Source of the DNA: Pseudomonadota bacterium
GTDB taxonomy: Bacteria > Desulfobacterota > Desulfobacteria > Desulfobacterales > JBDRRP01
DNA length: 64,000 bases
Assembly: GCA_043825735.1 (NCBI GenBank)
Contig: JBDRRP010000086.1
Location: 75,046 to 139,045, forward strand
Direction: 5' to 3'
Part shown: in pieces, positions 17,159 to 28,100 of the stretch
Layout: each line of letters starts with the position of its first letter
Numbering within the stretch: position 1 is the stretch's first letter
The notes under the pieces: generated by a model
What the model was told of the DNA's origin: nothing
What the model saw: the letters and a program-made list of their open reading frames with translations, nothing else
The model's database searches: none
Position numbers and translations under genes: made by a program

Positions 17159-18906
17159 CAGCGGCCGGAGGTGAACGCAGCGGCACGGTTCAAGAGACAA
17201 CGATTCGTTCCGGACAATGGCTGGAACTGCTGGATGAGCTCAACATCGGCGCCTTTACCGTGGACATGAACCGGCAGATCATGGCCATGAACTTCAGCGC
17301 CCAGGGGCTCATGGGGCTCAAGGAAAGCGAGGCCGTGGGCAAGGACTGCCGGGAAGTATTTACCGGCGTTCCTTGTCTGGCCCAGTGTCTCATCAGAAAG
17401 TTCGCCCGGTCACCGGCTCCGGAAATCGACTTTGAAATTCGCGACGAAAACGAGGAAAAGCACCTCATCACGCGGCTGACCACGCCGATTCACAATCTGG
17501 CGGGGCAAGTCGTCGGCTGCATGACGATTCTTCAGGACTACTCCCCCATTGCCGACCTGATCAACCGGGTGCACTACGAAGAGCGCAGTCTGAAAATCAT
17601 TCTCGACAATTTGGATATCGGCATCTTCACCGTCAACCGCGGCGGGTTCCTGAATTTTTTCAACAAGGCCGCCGAGCGCATTACCGGCTACGACCGCCGG
17701 CTCGTTCTGGCAAAGCCCTGCGCCGCCATTTTCGGTCGTGATGCCGAAGGCGACTTCTGTCTGGCCGACAGCATTATCCCCGGCGGCAAAACCAAGCGGC
17801 ATCTGGAAGGCGTTATCGCCGTCAAGGACGGAGACACCATTCCCATCCGGGCGGACTACATCCCCCTGCGAAATGAGAAGGAAACCATCGTCGGAGGGCT
17901 GGTCACGTTTCAGGATCTCACCCTGGTGCACCAGCTCAACAAGGTCGTCAGCGACCAGTACAGTTTCCACGATATGATCGGCAAGGACCCCGCTATGCGG
18001 AAAGTCTTCGACATGGCCGGTGTCGTCGCCGAAAGCGATGCTACCGTTCTCATCGAAGGCGATACCGGAACCGGGAAAGATCTTCTGGCAAAAATCATCC
18101 ATGCAACAAGCCGGCGATCGTCCCGACCCATGGTAAAGATCAACTGCGCATCACTGCCCCACAATTTGCTGGAATCCGAGCTGTTCGGTTACGTCAAAGG
18201 GGCCTTTACCGGAGCCGACCGGGACAAACCTGGGCGGTTTCAGGAAGCCGATGGCAGCACGCTGTTTCTGGACGAGATCGGAGACCTGCCCCTGTCGTTG
18301 CAGGGAAAACTGCTGAGGGTGCTGGAAGAAAAGGAATTTTACCCCCTGGGCAGCCGGCATACGGTCACCGTGGACGTGCGCATTCTCTCCGCCACCAACC
18401 GCGGCCTGGAAAACCTGGTGGCAAAACGACGTTTCCGGGAGGATCTCTACTACCGGCTCAACGTGCTTCGCATCGAATTGCCGCGGCTTCAGGACCGGCG
18501 TGCCGATCTGCCGCTGCTCATCAACCACATCGTCCGCCGGCTGTGTGCCGCCCGGGCGAAACTGCCGCCGGCCATCACTGAAGATGCGATGCGCCTGCTG
18601 CTTTCCTTCGACTACCCGGGCAACGTGCGGCAGCTTGAAAACACCCTCGAACACGCACTGATCACCTGCAGGGGCGCTGCCATCCGCGCAGACCATCTGC
18701 CTGAGTATCTCCAACGGTCGCCTGAAAAACCCTCGGCCGTCTCTGGAGGATTGGTCACCATCCTGGAAACCACACTTGAGGAAGAGCGACAGCGGATCCT
18801 GGCCATTTTGTCCCGGTGCGGCGGGCACCGCGGCAAGGCCGCCGATGCCCTGGGAATGGCGCGAACGACCCTGTGGCGGAAGATGAAGAAACTCGGCTTG
18901 GAGTAA
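17155..18906 (+). CDS. Sigma54-dependent activator with two PAS domains, AAA+ domain and Fis-type HTH (no receiver)
   Basis: GDTGTGK, ESELFG, GAFTGA, LFLDEIG, FREDLYYRL, PGNVRQLEN, LGMARTTLWRKM; ATGA overlap with the upstream gene puts the start at 17155. Confidence 0.93.
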   Translation: MTAAGGERSGTVQETTIRSGQWLELLDELNIGAFTVDMNRQIMAMNFSAQGLMGLKESEAVGKDCREVFTGVPCLAQCLIRKFARSPAPEIDFEIRDENEEKHLITRLTTPIHNLAGQVVGCMTILQDYSPIADLINRVHYEERSLKIILDNLDIGIFTVNRGGFLNFFNKAAERITGYDRRLVLAKPCAAIFGRDAEGDFCLADSIIPGGKTKRHLEGVIAVKDGDTIPIRADYIPLRNEKETIVGGLVTFQDLTLVHQLNKVVSDQYSFHDMIGKDPAMRKVFDMAGVVAESDATVLIEGDTGTGKDLLAKIIHATSRRSSRPMVKINCASLPHNLLESELFGYVKGAFTGADRDKPGRFQEADGSTLFLDEIGDLPLSLQGKLLRVLEEKEFYPLGSRHTVTVDVRILSATNRGLENLVAKRRFREDLYYRLNVLRIELPRLQDRRADLPLLINHIVRRLCAARAKLPPAITEDAMRLLLSFDYPGNVRQLENTLEHALITCRGAAIRADHLPEYLQRSPEKPSAVSGGLVTILETTLEEERQRILAILSRCGGHRGKAADALGMARTTLWRKMKKLGLE

Positions 18907-18919
18907 AAATGGGACGCCC

Positions 18920-19186
18920 TGTTTCATTTTTGTTTCATTTTTGATGCGCAACATTTATCCGCCGTTTGCATTATTCTACCTTCCGTCCTACTCAGCGCGG
19001 GTTTACAGTGAAGACCCCGGCGTGCCCGTGCCGCGATCAATCGGCGAAACGGGCAGCACCGGTTGTTGCACAGTGTTTCATTCTGCCTTGTTGTCCATCT
19101 TCCGGCCGATCTTTCAACTGCGACAATATTCCAAATAATAATAATAAGTTATCGGTCGCTTCGCTGTAAATGGCATGCCTCGTGCT
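18920..19186 (+). promoter_or_regulatory. Sigma54 (-24/-12) promoter with upstream repeated candidate activator sites
   Basis: TGGCATGCCTCGTGCT at 19171-19186 (GG-N10-GC); TGTTTCA repeats at 18920-18937 and TGTTGCACAGTGTTTCA at 19064-19080; AT-rich tract in between. Confidence 0.7.
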
Positions 19187-19264
19187 TCTGTAGGGCATCA
19201 GATCGATGGCCGCAGGTCGCGGTACGATCATCTTTTTACAGGCACTTCATGAGCAGGGGGAGCC

Positions 19265-19672
19265 GTGGGCACCAGGGCGCAGAAAAAACGCATCCTCATC
19301 GTCGATGCCGACGCTGATGTCCGCTTGTTTCTCTCCAATCTGCTGAATGCCAATGCCTATGATTCGGTTGGTGTCGGCAGTATCCAGGGCGCCCGCATGA
19401 TGGTGCCTGAGCTCAACCCCGACATGATCATTTTGGATGCCATGATGGAAAACGATGCGGGCATCGAATTGTTTGCCGAATTCAAGTGCCAGGACTGCTT
19501 CCGGGAAAAGCCGGTTCTCATGCTGGCCACACTCGACTGGCGCACCCTTACGTTGCTTCAGAAGATGAAGGACGCGGCGGTGGGACGGAGAATTCCCGAG
19601 CCGGAAGCCTATTTGAAAAAACCCCTGGAAGCAGAGGAGGTTTTGCAGCTGGTATCGCAGCTGACGCAATGA
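19265..19672 (+). CDS. Single-domain response regulator (receiver only)
   Basis: ILIVDAD, IILDAMM (phospho-Asp) and LKKP; GTG start after GGGGAG. Confidence 0.8.
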   Translation: MGTRAQKKRILIVDADADVRLFLSNLLNANAYDSVGVGSIQGARMMVPELNPDMIILDAMMENDAGIELFAEFKCQDCFREKPVLMLATLDWRTLTLLQKMKDAAVGRRIPEPEAYLKKPLEAEEVLQLVSQLTQ

Positions 19673-19696
19673 CCTTCACCATTCATGGGAGGGACG

Positions 19697-22600
19697 ATGC
19701 CTTTGAGAATCGGTTTCTACATCTGCCATTGCGGGATCAACATCGCTTACAAGGTGGACGTCGCGGCGGTGGCCGCATTTGCCGGTCAGCTGCCTGATGT
19801 GGTGGTGTCCCGGGACTACAAGTTCATGTGCTCGGACCCGGGCCAGGAAATGATCGAAAAAGATATCCGGGAGCAGGGCCTTAACCGGGTGGTGGTGGCC
19901 TCCTGCTCTCCGAGGCTTCACGAAAAGACTTTCCAGTCGGCCTGTCTGCGGGCCGGGTTGAATCCCTTCATGTTTCAGATGGCTTCGGTGCGTGAACAGG
20001 TGTCTTGGGTCACCGCTGATCCGGAAGAGGCCACGCGAAAGGCCAAGACCCTGGCGGCGGCCGCCATCAACCGGGTCCGGTATCACCACAGGCTTCAAAG
20101 CCGGGAGGTACCGGTGCACCCTGACATCCTCGTGGTGGGCGCCGGTATCGCCGGTATGCAGGCGGCGCTCGACATCGGCAATTCGGGCCGCAAGGTTCAC
20201 CTGGTGGAAAAGGACACCACCATCGGCGGTCACATGCTTCAGTTTGACAAGACATTTCCCACTCTGGACTGTGCGGCCTGCATCGGTACGCCGAAAATGG
20301 TCGAGGTGGCCCAGAATGCTAACATCGCCCTGTATTCCTATAGCGAGGTGGCCGAGGTATCCGGCGCCATCGGCAATTTCAATGTCACCATCCGGCGAAA
20401 ACCCCGTTACGTGAAGGAAGGGATCTGCACCGGCTGCGGGGAGTGCGCTTCGGTCTGCCCCGTATCGGTGCCCAGCTTGTGGGACCTGGGGATGGGACAG
20501 CGAAAGGCCATCTATCGCGCGTTTCCCCAGGCCGTGCCAATTACTTTCTGTATCGATAAAAATGACCGGGCACCGTGTGTGGGCGCCTGCCCGGCCGGGG
20601 TCAATGTCCAGGGTTACATCCAGCTTATTGCGGCCGGCCGCTACGAGCAGGCCTACCGGCTCATACAGGAGCGGCTGCCGCTTCCCGGCGTGCTGGGCCG
20701 GGTCTGCCCCCATCCCTGCGAAGACGCTTGTCGGCGGCAGGAAGTGGACGCGCCGGTGGCCATCCGGGACCTGAAGCGGTTTGCCGCCGATCAGGTGGAT
20801 GTGGATGCACTGGCCATCCCGGAGATCGCCCCCCGGCCGGAAACCGTGGCGGTGATCGGTTCCGGTCCGGCCGGCCTTACCGTCGCCTACGACTTGAGGC
20901 TGAAAGGATACGGCGTCACGGTGTTTGAGGCCCTGGACCGGCTGGGCGGCATGCTCCGGGTGGGCATTCCGGACTATCGGCTGCCACCGGATATCCTTGA
21001 CCGGGAGATCAATTACATCCGCCGGCTGGGTGTCGAGACCCGAACGGGTGTGCGCCTGGGCGTTGACATGAGCCTTTCCGAGCTGGCAACGGAAGGCTTC
21101 GCAGCGGTCTTTCTCGCCACCGGCGCCCACGGCTCACTGTCCATGAACATTCCTGGAGAAGACACCGGTGGTGGGGTGCTCGATGCGGTGGCCTTTCTTC
21201 GGGAGGTGAATCTTGGCGCCGTCCGCCTGCCGGGAGACCGGGTGGCGGTCATCGGCGGCGGCAACGTGGCCATCGATGCTGCGCGGGTGGCCCGGCGTCT
21301 GGGCGCTTCGGAGGTCACCGTGGTTTACCGCCGGTCGGAGGCGGAGATGCCGGCCTACGGAGAAGAGATCGCGGGGGCCGAGGCTGAAGGGATTCATTTC
21401 AGCACCCTGACCGCGCCGGTGGCGATTCGCAGCGAAAATGGCCGGGTGTGCGGCCTCGAGTGCATCCGCACCGAACTTGGCCCCCCGGACGACAGCGGCC
21501 GGCGGCGACCATTACCCGTCGCGGGCTCAGAGTTTTTGATCAACTGCGATGCCGTCATCCCGGCCATCGGCCAGCGCATTGACACATCCTGGGCGGCCGA
21601 AGTGCCTGAGCTGAAGTGGTCCCGCCGAGGAACTCTGACCGTGGCCGCCGGTATGCAGACCGGGCTGCCCCACATCTTTGCCGCCGGAGACCTGGTGTCC
21701 GGCCCGGCAACGGTGGTGGCGGCCGTGGCCGCCGGTCACAGCGCTGCCGAGGGGATCCATGGTTTCCTTCAGGGCGTCGCAGTGCCCATCCCGGCCCCGG
21801 GCGCGGTCGCGGCGGAGTTGACTCCGGCCGGCAATTGGGCGCCCATCGGACCGACCATCGCTGCCCAGAGCAGAGAGGGCCTGCCCCACCTTGCGCCGGA
21901 GGGGCGGGCGGAAACGTTCGATGAAGTCGCCACGGGGTTTGACGAAGTGCAGGCGCTCCGAGAGGCCGGGCGCTGCCTCAACTGCGGCACCTGCTGCGAG
22001 TGCATGGAATGCGTGAGGGCCTGTGAAGCAAATGCCATCGATCACCATATGCCCGAAACCCTGATCGACGTCACGGTGGGCAGCATCATCCTGGCCACCG
22101 GCTACGATGTGCTCGATCCCACGGCCATGAGCCAGTTCGGCTACGGACGCTACCCGAATGTATTTACCAGCCTGGAGTTCGAGCGGCTCAGCAATGCCAC
22201 GGGTCCCACCGGGGGGAAAATTCTGATCCGGGACGATGAGGGCCATTTCACCCGGACCCCTGACAGCGTTGCGATTTTGCACTGCATCGGCAGCCGGGAT
22301 GTCAACTATCATGAATACTGTTCCCGGGTCTGCTGCATGTATGCCCTCAAATACTCCCATCTCATCAAGGAAAAGGTGGGGCACCACACGCCGGTCTACG
22401 ATTTTTACATCGACATGCGTTGCTTCGGAGAGGGCTACGAAGAATTCTATCGCCGCTGTCAGGAGGAGGGTACCGTTTTCGTGCGCGGCAAGGTGGCGGA
22501 GATCACCGACCGGGCGGCGTCTCCGGAGGAAGAAGGCAAACTCATCGCCCTGGCCGAAGACACCCTGCTGGGACGAAACATCCGGGTCCCGGTAGACATG

Positions 22601-23107
22601 GTGGTGCTGTGCGTGGCCATGCAGGCCCGGGCGGACGCCGCCGATGTGGGCCGACTGTTCGGGGTCAACCTGGGCGCCGATGGTTTTTTTCTGGAAGAGC
22701 ACCCCAAGCTGGGGCCGCTGAACACCGCGACCGACGGTGTGTTTCTGGGCGGCGCCTGCCAGTCGCCAAAGGACATCCCCGACACCGTGTCCCAGGCTTC
22801 AGGGGCGGCGGCCAAGGCACTGTCCCTGGCGGACCGGGGCCACGTGCAGGTGCCCTCTGCCATTTCCTGGATCGACCCGGAAGTCTGCGCCGGTTGCCAG
22901 ACATGCATCGGTCTGTGCCCCTATTCGGCCATTGCCTTCGATCCCCGGCGGCAGGTGTCGGTCGTCAATGAGGCGCTGTGCAAGGGCTGCGGCAGTTGCA
23001 GCGGCTTTTGCCCCAGCGGCGCCGCACAGGTCAGGCACTTCAACGAGAAGCAGATCTTCGCCGAACTCGACGGCCTGATGGATGCCGTGCATGCGGTGGG
23101 GGTGTGA
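19697..23107 (+). CDS. hdrA: HdrA-like flavoprotein with inserted GltD/NfnB-like NAD(P)H-binding module (HdrL-type)
   Basis: N-terminal CHCG.NI, MCS.PGQ, CSPRLHE; GAGIAG, DKTFPTLDC, HCIGSRD...YCSRVCC; insert with CPAG, GRVCPHPCE, GSGPAG, GGGNVAID; C-terminal 2x CxxCxxCxxxC. Confidence 0.88.
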   Translation: MPLRIGFYICHCGINIAYKVDVAAVAAFAGQLPDVVVSRDYKFMCSDPGQEMIEKDIREQGLNRVVVASCSPRLHEKTFQSACLRAGLNPFMFQMASVREQVSWVTADPEEATRKAKTLAAAAINRVRYHHRLQSREVPVHPDILVVGAGIAGMQAALDIGNSGRKVHLVEKDTTIGGHMLQFDKTFPTLDCAACIGTPKMVEVAQNANIALYSYSEVAEVSGAIGNFNVTIRRKPRYVKEGICTGCGECASVCPVSVPSLWDLGMGQRKAIYRAFPQAVPITFCIDKNDRAPCVGACPAGVNVQGYIQLIAAGRYEQAYRLIQERLPLPGVLGRVCPHPCEDACRRQEVDAPVAIRDLKRFAADQVDVDALAIPEIAPRPETVAVIGSGPAGLTVAYDLRLKGYGVTVFEALDRLGGMLRVGIPDYRLPPDILDREINYIRRLGVETRTGVRLGVDMSLSELATEGFAAVFLATGAHGSLSMNIPGEDTGGGVLDAVAFLREVNLGAVRLPGDRVAVIGGGNVAIDAARVARRLGASEVTVVYRRSEAEMPAYGEEIAGAEAEGIHFSTLTAPVAIRSENGRVCGLECIRTELGPPDDSGRRRPLPVAGSEFLINCDAVIPAIGQRIDTSWAAEVPELKWSRRGTLTVAAGMQTGLPHIFAAGDLVSGPATVVAAVAAGHSAAEGIHGFLQGVAVPIPAPGAVAAELTPAGNWAPIGPTIAAQSREGLPHLAPEGRAETFDEVATGFDEVQALREAGRCLNCGTCCECMECVRACEANAIDHHMPETLIDVTVGSIILATGYDVLDPTAMSQFGYGRYPNVFTSLEFERLSNATGPTGGKILIRDDEGHFTRTPDSVAILHCIGSRDVNYHEYCSRVCCMYALKYSHLIKEKVGHHTPVYDFYIDMRCFGEGYEEFYRRCQEEGTVFVRGKVAEITDRAASPEEEGKLIALAEDTLLGRNIRVPVDMVVLCVAMQARADAADVGRLFGVNLGADGFFLEEHPKLGPLNTATDGVFLGGACQSPKDIPDTVSQASGAAAKALSLADRGHVQVPSAISWIDPEVCAGCQTCIGLCPYSAIAFDPRRQVSVVNEALCKGCGSCSGFCPSGAAQVRHFNEKQIFAELDGLMDAVHAVGV

Positions 23108-23132
23108 AAGTGTGTTTACGCGAATGCTATTT

Positions 23133-23229
23133 GAACCACGGAGGACACGGAGGACACGGAGAGAAATGCCCTGGGAAGGGAAGTGTTCAGTATTGTTTTT
23201 CTCCGTGTTCTCCGTGAACTCCGTGGTTC
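23133..23229. repeat. Palindromic repeat with arms of three 9-nt units (REP/REPIN-like)
   Basis: GAACCACGGAG-GACACGGAG-GACACGGAG ... CTCCGTGTT-CTCCGTGAA-CTCCGTGGTTC; the right arm is almost identical to 12385-12415. Confidence 0.75.
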
Positions 23230-23293
23230 CTTCAAACGTAACGCTTGCCTGAAGGCGTGAATGAATAAAGAAGGGATACGCACGGAGGAGAAC

Positions 23294-23716
23294 ATGGAAG
23301 ACTTTGAACCGACCATCATCGCATTCGTCTGCAATTGGTGCACCTACACGGCCGCGGACCTGGCCGGCACCTCCCGGCTGGGCTACCCGCGCAATGTGCG
23401 CCTGATCCGCGTCATGTGCACGGGGATGGTGGATCCCCAGTACATCATCAAGGCATTTTTGGAGGGGGCTGACGGGGTTCTGGTGAGCGGGTGCCACCCG
23501 GGCGATTGTCATTACATCAACGGCAACTACAAGGCGCGCCGGCGCATCAAGCTGCTCAAAGAGCTGCTGCCCCAGTTCGGATTTGCACCCGAGCGGCTGC
23601 GGCTGACCTGGATCGGCGCCAGTGACGGCATCATGTTTTCAGAGATCATGAAAGCGCTGGTGAGTCAGGTGATCGCTCTCGGGCCCAGCACAGCAAAGCT
23701 CAAGATGGTCATATGA
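23294..23716 (+). CDS. mvhD: MvhD/FlxD-type 2Fe-2S subunit
   Basis: FVCNWCTYTAADLAG, VMCTGMVD, GADGVLVSGCHPGDCHY; GGAGGAG RBS. Confidence 0.92.
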   Translation: MEDFEPTIIAFVCNWCTYTAADLAGTSRLGYPRNVRLIRVMCTGMVDPQYIIKAFLEGADGVLVSGCHPGDCHYINGNYKARRRIKLLKELLPQFGFAPERLRLTWIGASDGIMFSEIMKALVSQVIALGPSTAKLKMVI

Positions 23717-23996
23717 TAAATCGCTTCGCGATTTATACGGCGGCTACGCCGCATGGGGAATGGGGGGATTGTCAAAACATGGCACCAATGGAGTCCGCCG
23801 CTGATGAATGACAATGCGAAAAAAATGATGTCATGCCGGCGAAGGCCTGCATCCAGAAAATCTGAACGCGGATTCAAAATGCCAGTTTAAATCCTGCTTT
23901 CTGGCGGGAGCTGCGGATTGTCAATCGGGAGCGATCAGAAAATATCGGGGATAGGGTGCAGAGACAACTGCCGAAACGCATGCACGGGAGGCTTTC

Positions 23997-25130
23997 ATGG
24001 CTAAGACGGTAACAGTTGACGTGAAAGACCGGGATTTGTTGGGAGCGTTGAGAGGCTTTTTGACGGCTGTACTGGCGCAGGAAGAGATCAGCGCGATTCT
24101 GGTCCCCTGGCGGCTTCCCATGAAAAACGTGGTCATGCCGACACTGGTAACGGATCCGGCCCTGATGGACCGGGCCGATCCTCTGGCGCCGGCATTTCCC
24201 ATCAACGGGGCCAAGCTTGCCAGCAGGTTGACCCGAAAGGCATCAGGTGGGCGAATCGCCGCAGTAATGCGCCCTTGCGAAATCCGGGCCTTCACCGAAC
24301 TGGTCAAGCTTAAGCAAGGCAGCGCCGAAGACCTGGTGATCATCGGCATCGATTGCCTGGGCGCCTTTGATAATTCCGATTTCACAAAGTGGGCCGAAGA
24401 AAATAACGGGGACGGCTCGCAACGGTTCGCTGCTCAGGTGCTGGCCGGGGAAACGACCGGCCCTGATCTGGCGCCGGCCTGCCGGATCTGTGAGTTTCCA
24501 GTGGCTTCGGGGGCCGACATCAGTGTGGCCCTCTACGGCGTCGATACCGGCAGCCGTATCCTGGCGATCGGGCAGAGCGCGGCCGGAGACGCGCTGCTGT
24601 CGAGCCTCGGGCTTGCCGATGCCAAGACGCCGCCGGCTCGGGAGCAGGCCGTCACGGCCTTGGTCGACGGCAGAATCACCGCCCGGGACCGCCTGTTTGC
24701 CGAGACCCGCGAGGCGACGGATGATCTGGAAAAACTGACCGGGTATCTGGCCGGCTGCGTCAACTGCTACAACTGCCGCGTGGCCTGTCCGGTCTGCTAC
24801 TGCAAGGAGTGCGTTTTTGTCACCGACGTGTTCAACCACGAGCCCCTCCAGTATCTGCGGTGGGCCGAGCGCAAGGGGGCCGTCAAAATGCCCACCGACA
24901 CGGTGTTTTATCACCTGACCCGGCTCGCTCACATGAGCACCGCGTGCGTGGGGTGTGGCCAGTGTTCCAACGCCTGCCCCAACGACATCCCGGTCATGGA
25001 ACTGTTTCGTACGGCGGCGCACGCCGTGCAGGCGGCTTTTAACTACGAAGCCGGCCGCAGCCCCGAAGAAAAGCCGCCGCTGTCGGAATTTCGTGAGAAA
25101 GAATTCGAAGAAGTCGTCGGTATGGCCTGA
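23997..25130 (+). CDS. FrhB/FdhB-family Fe-S protein with C-terminal 4Fe-4S dicluster
   Basis: RPCEIRA..ELVKLKQ...IIGIDC; CVNCYNCRVACPVCYCKEC; YHLTRLAHM..CVGCGQCSNACP, as in methanogen FdhB. Confidence 0.8.
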   Translation: MAKTVTVDVKDRDLLGALRGFLTAVLAQEEISAILVPWRLPMKNVVMPTLVTDPALMDRADPLAPAFPINGAKLASRLTRKASGGRIAAVMRPCEIRAFTELVKLKQGSAEDLVIIGIDCLGAFDNSDFTKWAEENNGDGSQRFAAQVLAGETTGPDLAPACRICEFPVASGADISVALYGVDTGSRILAIGQSAAGDALLSSLGLADAKTPPAREQAVTALVDGRITARDRLFAETREATDDLEKLTGYLAGCVNCYNCRVACPVCYCKECVFVTDVFNHEPLQYLRWAERKGAVKMPTDTVFYHLTRLAHMSTACVGCGQCSNACPNDIPVMELFRTAAHAVQAAFNYEAGRSPEEKPPLSEFREKEFEEVVGMA

Positions 25131-25141
25131 AGGGAGACGCC

Positions 25142-28100
25142 ATGAAAGCGAAAATCGGCAAGGCCCTGGTGGTGGGCGCGGGCATCAGCGGCATCCGCAG
25201 TGCGCTGGATCTGGCCGAAACCGGGTATCATGTGACGCTGATCGACCGCGCGCCGCATATCGGCGGCGTGCTCAGCCAACTGGATCGCCAGTTCCCCAGC
25301 GACCGCTGCGGCATGTGCAAGATGCTGCCCCTGGTGGACCGCGACAGCGCCAGCCAGTACTGCCTTCGCAAGGGGATGTTTCACCGGAATATCGATATCC
25401 TCCTGTCCACCGAAATCGCATCGGTCACCGGTGAGGCGGGCCGCTACGAAGTCGTGCTCAAAGAGCGTCCCACGTGGGTGGACCCCCAGCTGTGCAACGG
25501 GTGCGGTGCCTGCACGGCGGTGTGCCCTGTCGATGTGCCCGATGAATTCAATGCCGGCCTGTCTACCCGCAAGGCCATCTATCTGCCCGTGCCCCATACG
25601 ATTCCCAACCCCTTCATCATCGATCTTGCCGCCTGCACCCGCTGCGGGGCCTGCGAGACGGCCTGCCCCACCGGGGCCGTGAGGCTGTCCCAACAGGAGC
25701 GAAAGAAATTCCGGATTCTGGTGGTGGATGACGAATTGGTGGTGAGAGATTCCATCAAGGCCTGGCTCGAAGAGGAAGGCGGATTTGCCGTGGAAACGGC
25801 TGCCTCGGGTCCGGAGGCCCTGGAACTGCTTTCCCGAAATGCCTACCACCTCATGATGCTCGACATCAAAATGCCGGGGATGGACGGGGTGGATGTGCTC
25901 AAGGCCGCAATGGAAACGGCGGCTGATCTGCCGGTGATCATGATGACCGCCTATGCGGCCGTCGAGACCGCCGTTGAAGCCATGAAGCTGGGCGCCCTGG
26001 ACTACCTCATCAAACCCTTTGATCCGGCATCGCTAACAGCCATGGTTATCGCCCGCTACGAGGATGCCGAGGCCGCCCGGGGCCGAAAGCTGGAAGTGGG
26101 CGCCGTGGTGCTGTGCGGCGGCACCGAGCATTACGATCCCACCGGCGGGAAGAACACCTTGGGCTACGGCCTGGTGCCGGACGTCGTCACCGGGCTGGAA
26201 TTTGAGCGGATCATGAGCGGCACCGGTCCTTCGGGAGGGCGGCTCGTGCGCCCCAGCGATGGGCGTCCCATCCGGCGGGTGGCATGGCTCCAGTGCGTGG
26301 GTTCCAGGGATCTTCAGGCCGACGCGGATTTTTGTTCGAGCATCTGCTGCATGTTCGCCATCAAGGAAGCCATCGTGGCCAGGGAGCAGGCTGGGGGGGA
26401 TTTTGAGGCCAGTATTTTTTATATGGACATGCGCACCTGCGGCAAAGGTTTCCAGCGCTACCGGGAGCGGGCTGAAACCGAGCACGGCATCGCTTTTATC
26501 CGGGGGCGGGTGCACTCGGTCGTGAGGGACGCCGCCACCGGCGACCTCATGCTGCGCACCACCAAAGAGGACGGCGGCAGCCATGACACCGCCGTAGACC
26601 TGGTCGTGTTGTCGGTGGGGCAGCGACCCGCCCCGGCGGTGGCAAAACTGACCGAACCGCTGGCGCTGGACACGAACCCGTGGGGGTTCGTAAAAACCGC
26701 ACCGTTTTCTCTGACCCGTGTCGGCAATGACGGCGTCTTTGTGGGCGGATCGTTTGCCGGACCCCGTGATATCGGGGAGGCCGTCATTCAGGCCTCCGCC
26801 GCGGCGTTGGGCGCTTCCCGCGTGATCCATTCTCATGGTGGCGGCATGGCCGTGGTGGCGGATGCCGCGGTTCCGCCGCCAAAGGACGTCTCATTCGAGA
26901 CGCCGCGCGCCCTGGTGGTGGTCTGTACGTGCGGCGGTCGCCTGCTGAAAGGCCTCGATATGGCGGCTCTGGAACAATCTTTTCAGCGCGATCCCGCAGT
27001 GGCGCAGATTGCATCGGCGGAGAATCTGTGTACGGCCGCCGGGTGGGACGCGCTCACGGAAATGATGACCGCCCATCAGCCCAACCGTCTGCTCCTGGGC
27101 ACCTGCATGCCGTATGTCTATAATGAGAAATTGGACGCGCTCAGCCGCCGCATCCAACTGCCGCGCGCGCTCATGACTGCTGTGGACATACGGCCGCCGG
27201 CCCCGGCGTCGGGTACCCCGCCCGCAGATGCCCCCGCCACGGCTGGCCATGTGCTGTCGGTATTGAGATCCGGCCTGGCCAAACTCAAACACGCCGAACC
27301 CGGGCCGGTGGAGACCCGGCCGGTGACAGCCGGGGCACTGGTGATGGGCGGCGGCATCGCCGGCATGACCGCAGCACTGGCCATCGCGGATCACGGTTTT
27401 CACGTGGACCTGGTGGAGGCCGCCGATGCTTTAGGCGGCAACCTCAAGTGGGTGTCGGGTACCCTGGACGGAGAGGATACCGCGCCGCTGCTCGCCGACA
27501 GTATCAAGAAAGTGGAAAATCACCCCCGCGTCACCGTTCACACCCGGACCCGCCTTATCCATGCCGCTGGTCGGGTGGGAGCGTTTTCCAGCACCATCGA
27601 GGCGGCCGACGGCCGGGTGGAAATGCTCTCCCATGGCGTGACCATCCTGGCCACCGGGGGGCATGAAGCGCCCACCACGGCCTATGGATATGGTCGGCTC
27701 GATGGGGTTATCACCCAGAAGGAAATGGCGCAGGCGATTGCCGAGGGCTTTCTGGCAACGGAAAAGACCGGCTCGGTGGTGATGATCCTTTGCGTGGAAT
27801 CCCGTGAAGAGCCCCGCAACTATTGCAGCAAGGTGTGCTGCACAACGGCCCTTAAACACGCCCTTTATCTGAAAAAAGCCTGGCCGGACGCGCCGGTCAC
27901 CGTGGTGTACCGCGACATGATGACCACCGGATTTGCCGAGCACTGGTACACCGAGGCCCGGCGGCAGGGGGTTTTGTTTATTCGATACACACCGGAGCGC
28001 AAACCGACAGTGGCACCGGCTGCGGCCGGGGATGCCGGCAGCCGCCTGCAGGTGGATGTATGGGAGCCCTTGCTCGCAAAGCGGTTGCTTATCGAAGCCG

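Noticed and set aside
19676..22702. Long antisense ORFs (484 aa and 391 aa here, and similar ones opposite other genes)
   Set aside because: Shadow frames of GC-rich genes with no recognisable motifs.
23133..23229. Short repeated units as a CRISPR array
   Set aside because: Units are 9 nt, tandem and inverted, with no unique spacers and no cas genes in the window.
19697..23716. Selenocysteine recoding in the HdrA-like or MvhD proteins
   Set aside because: Both ORFs are open with Cys codons at the relevant motifs; no in-frame TGA interrupts a domain.
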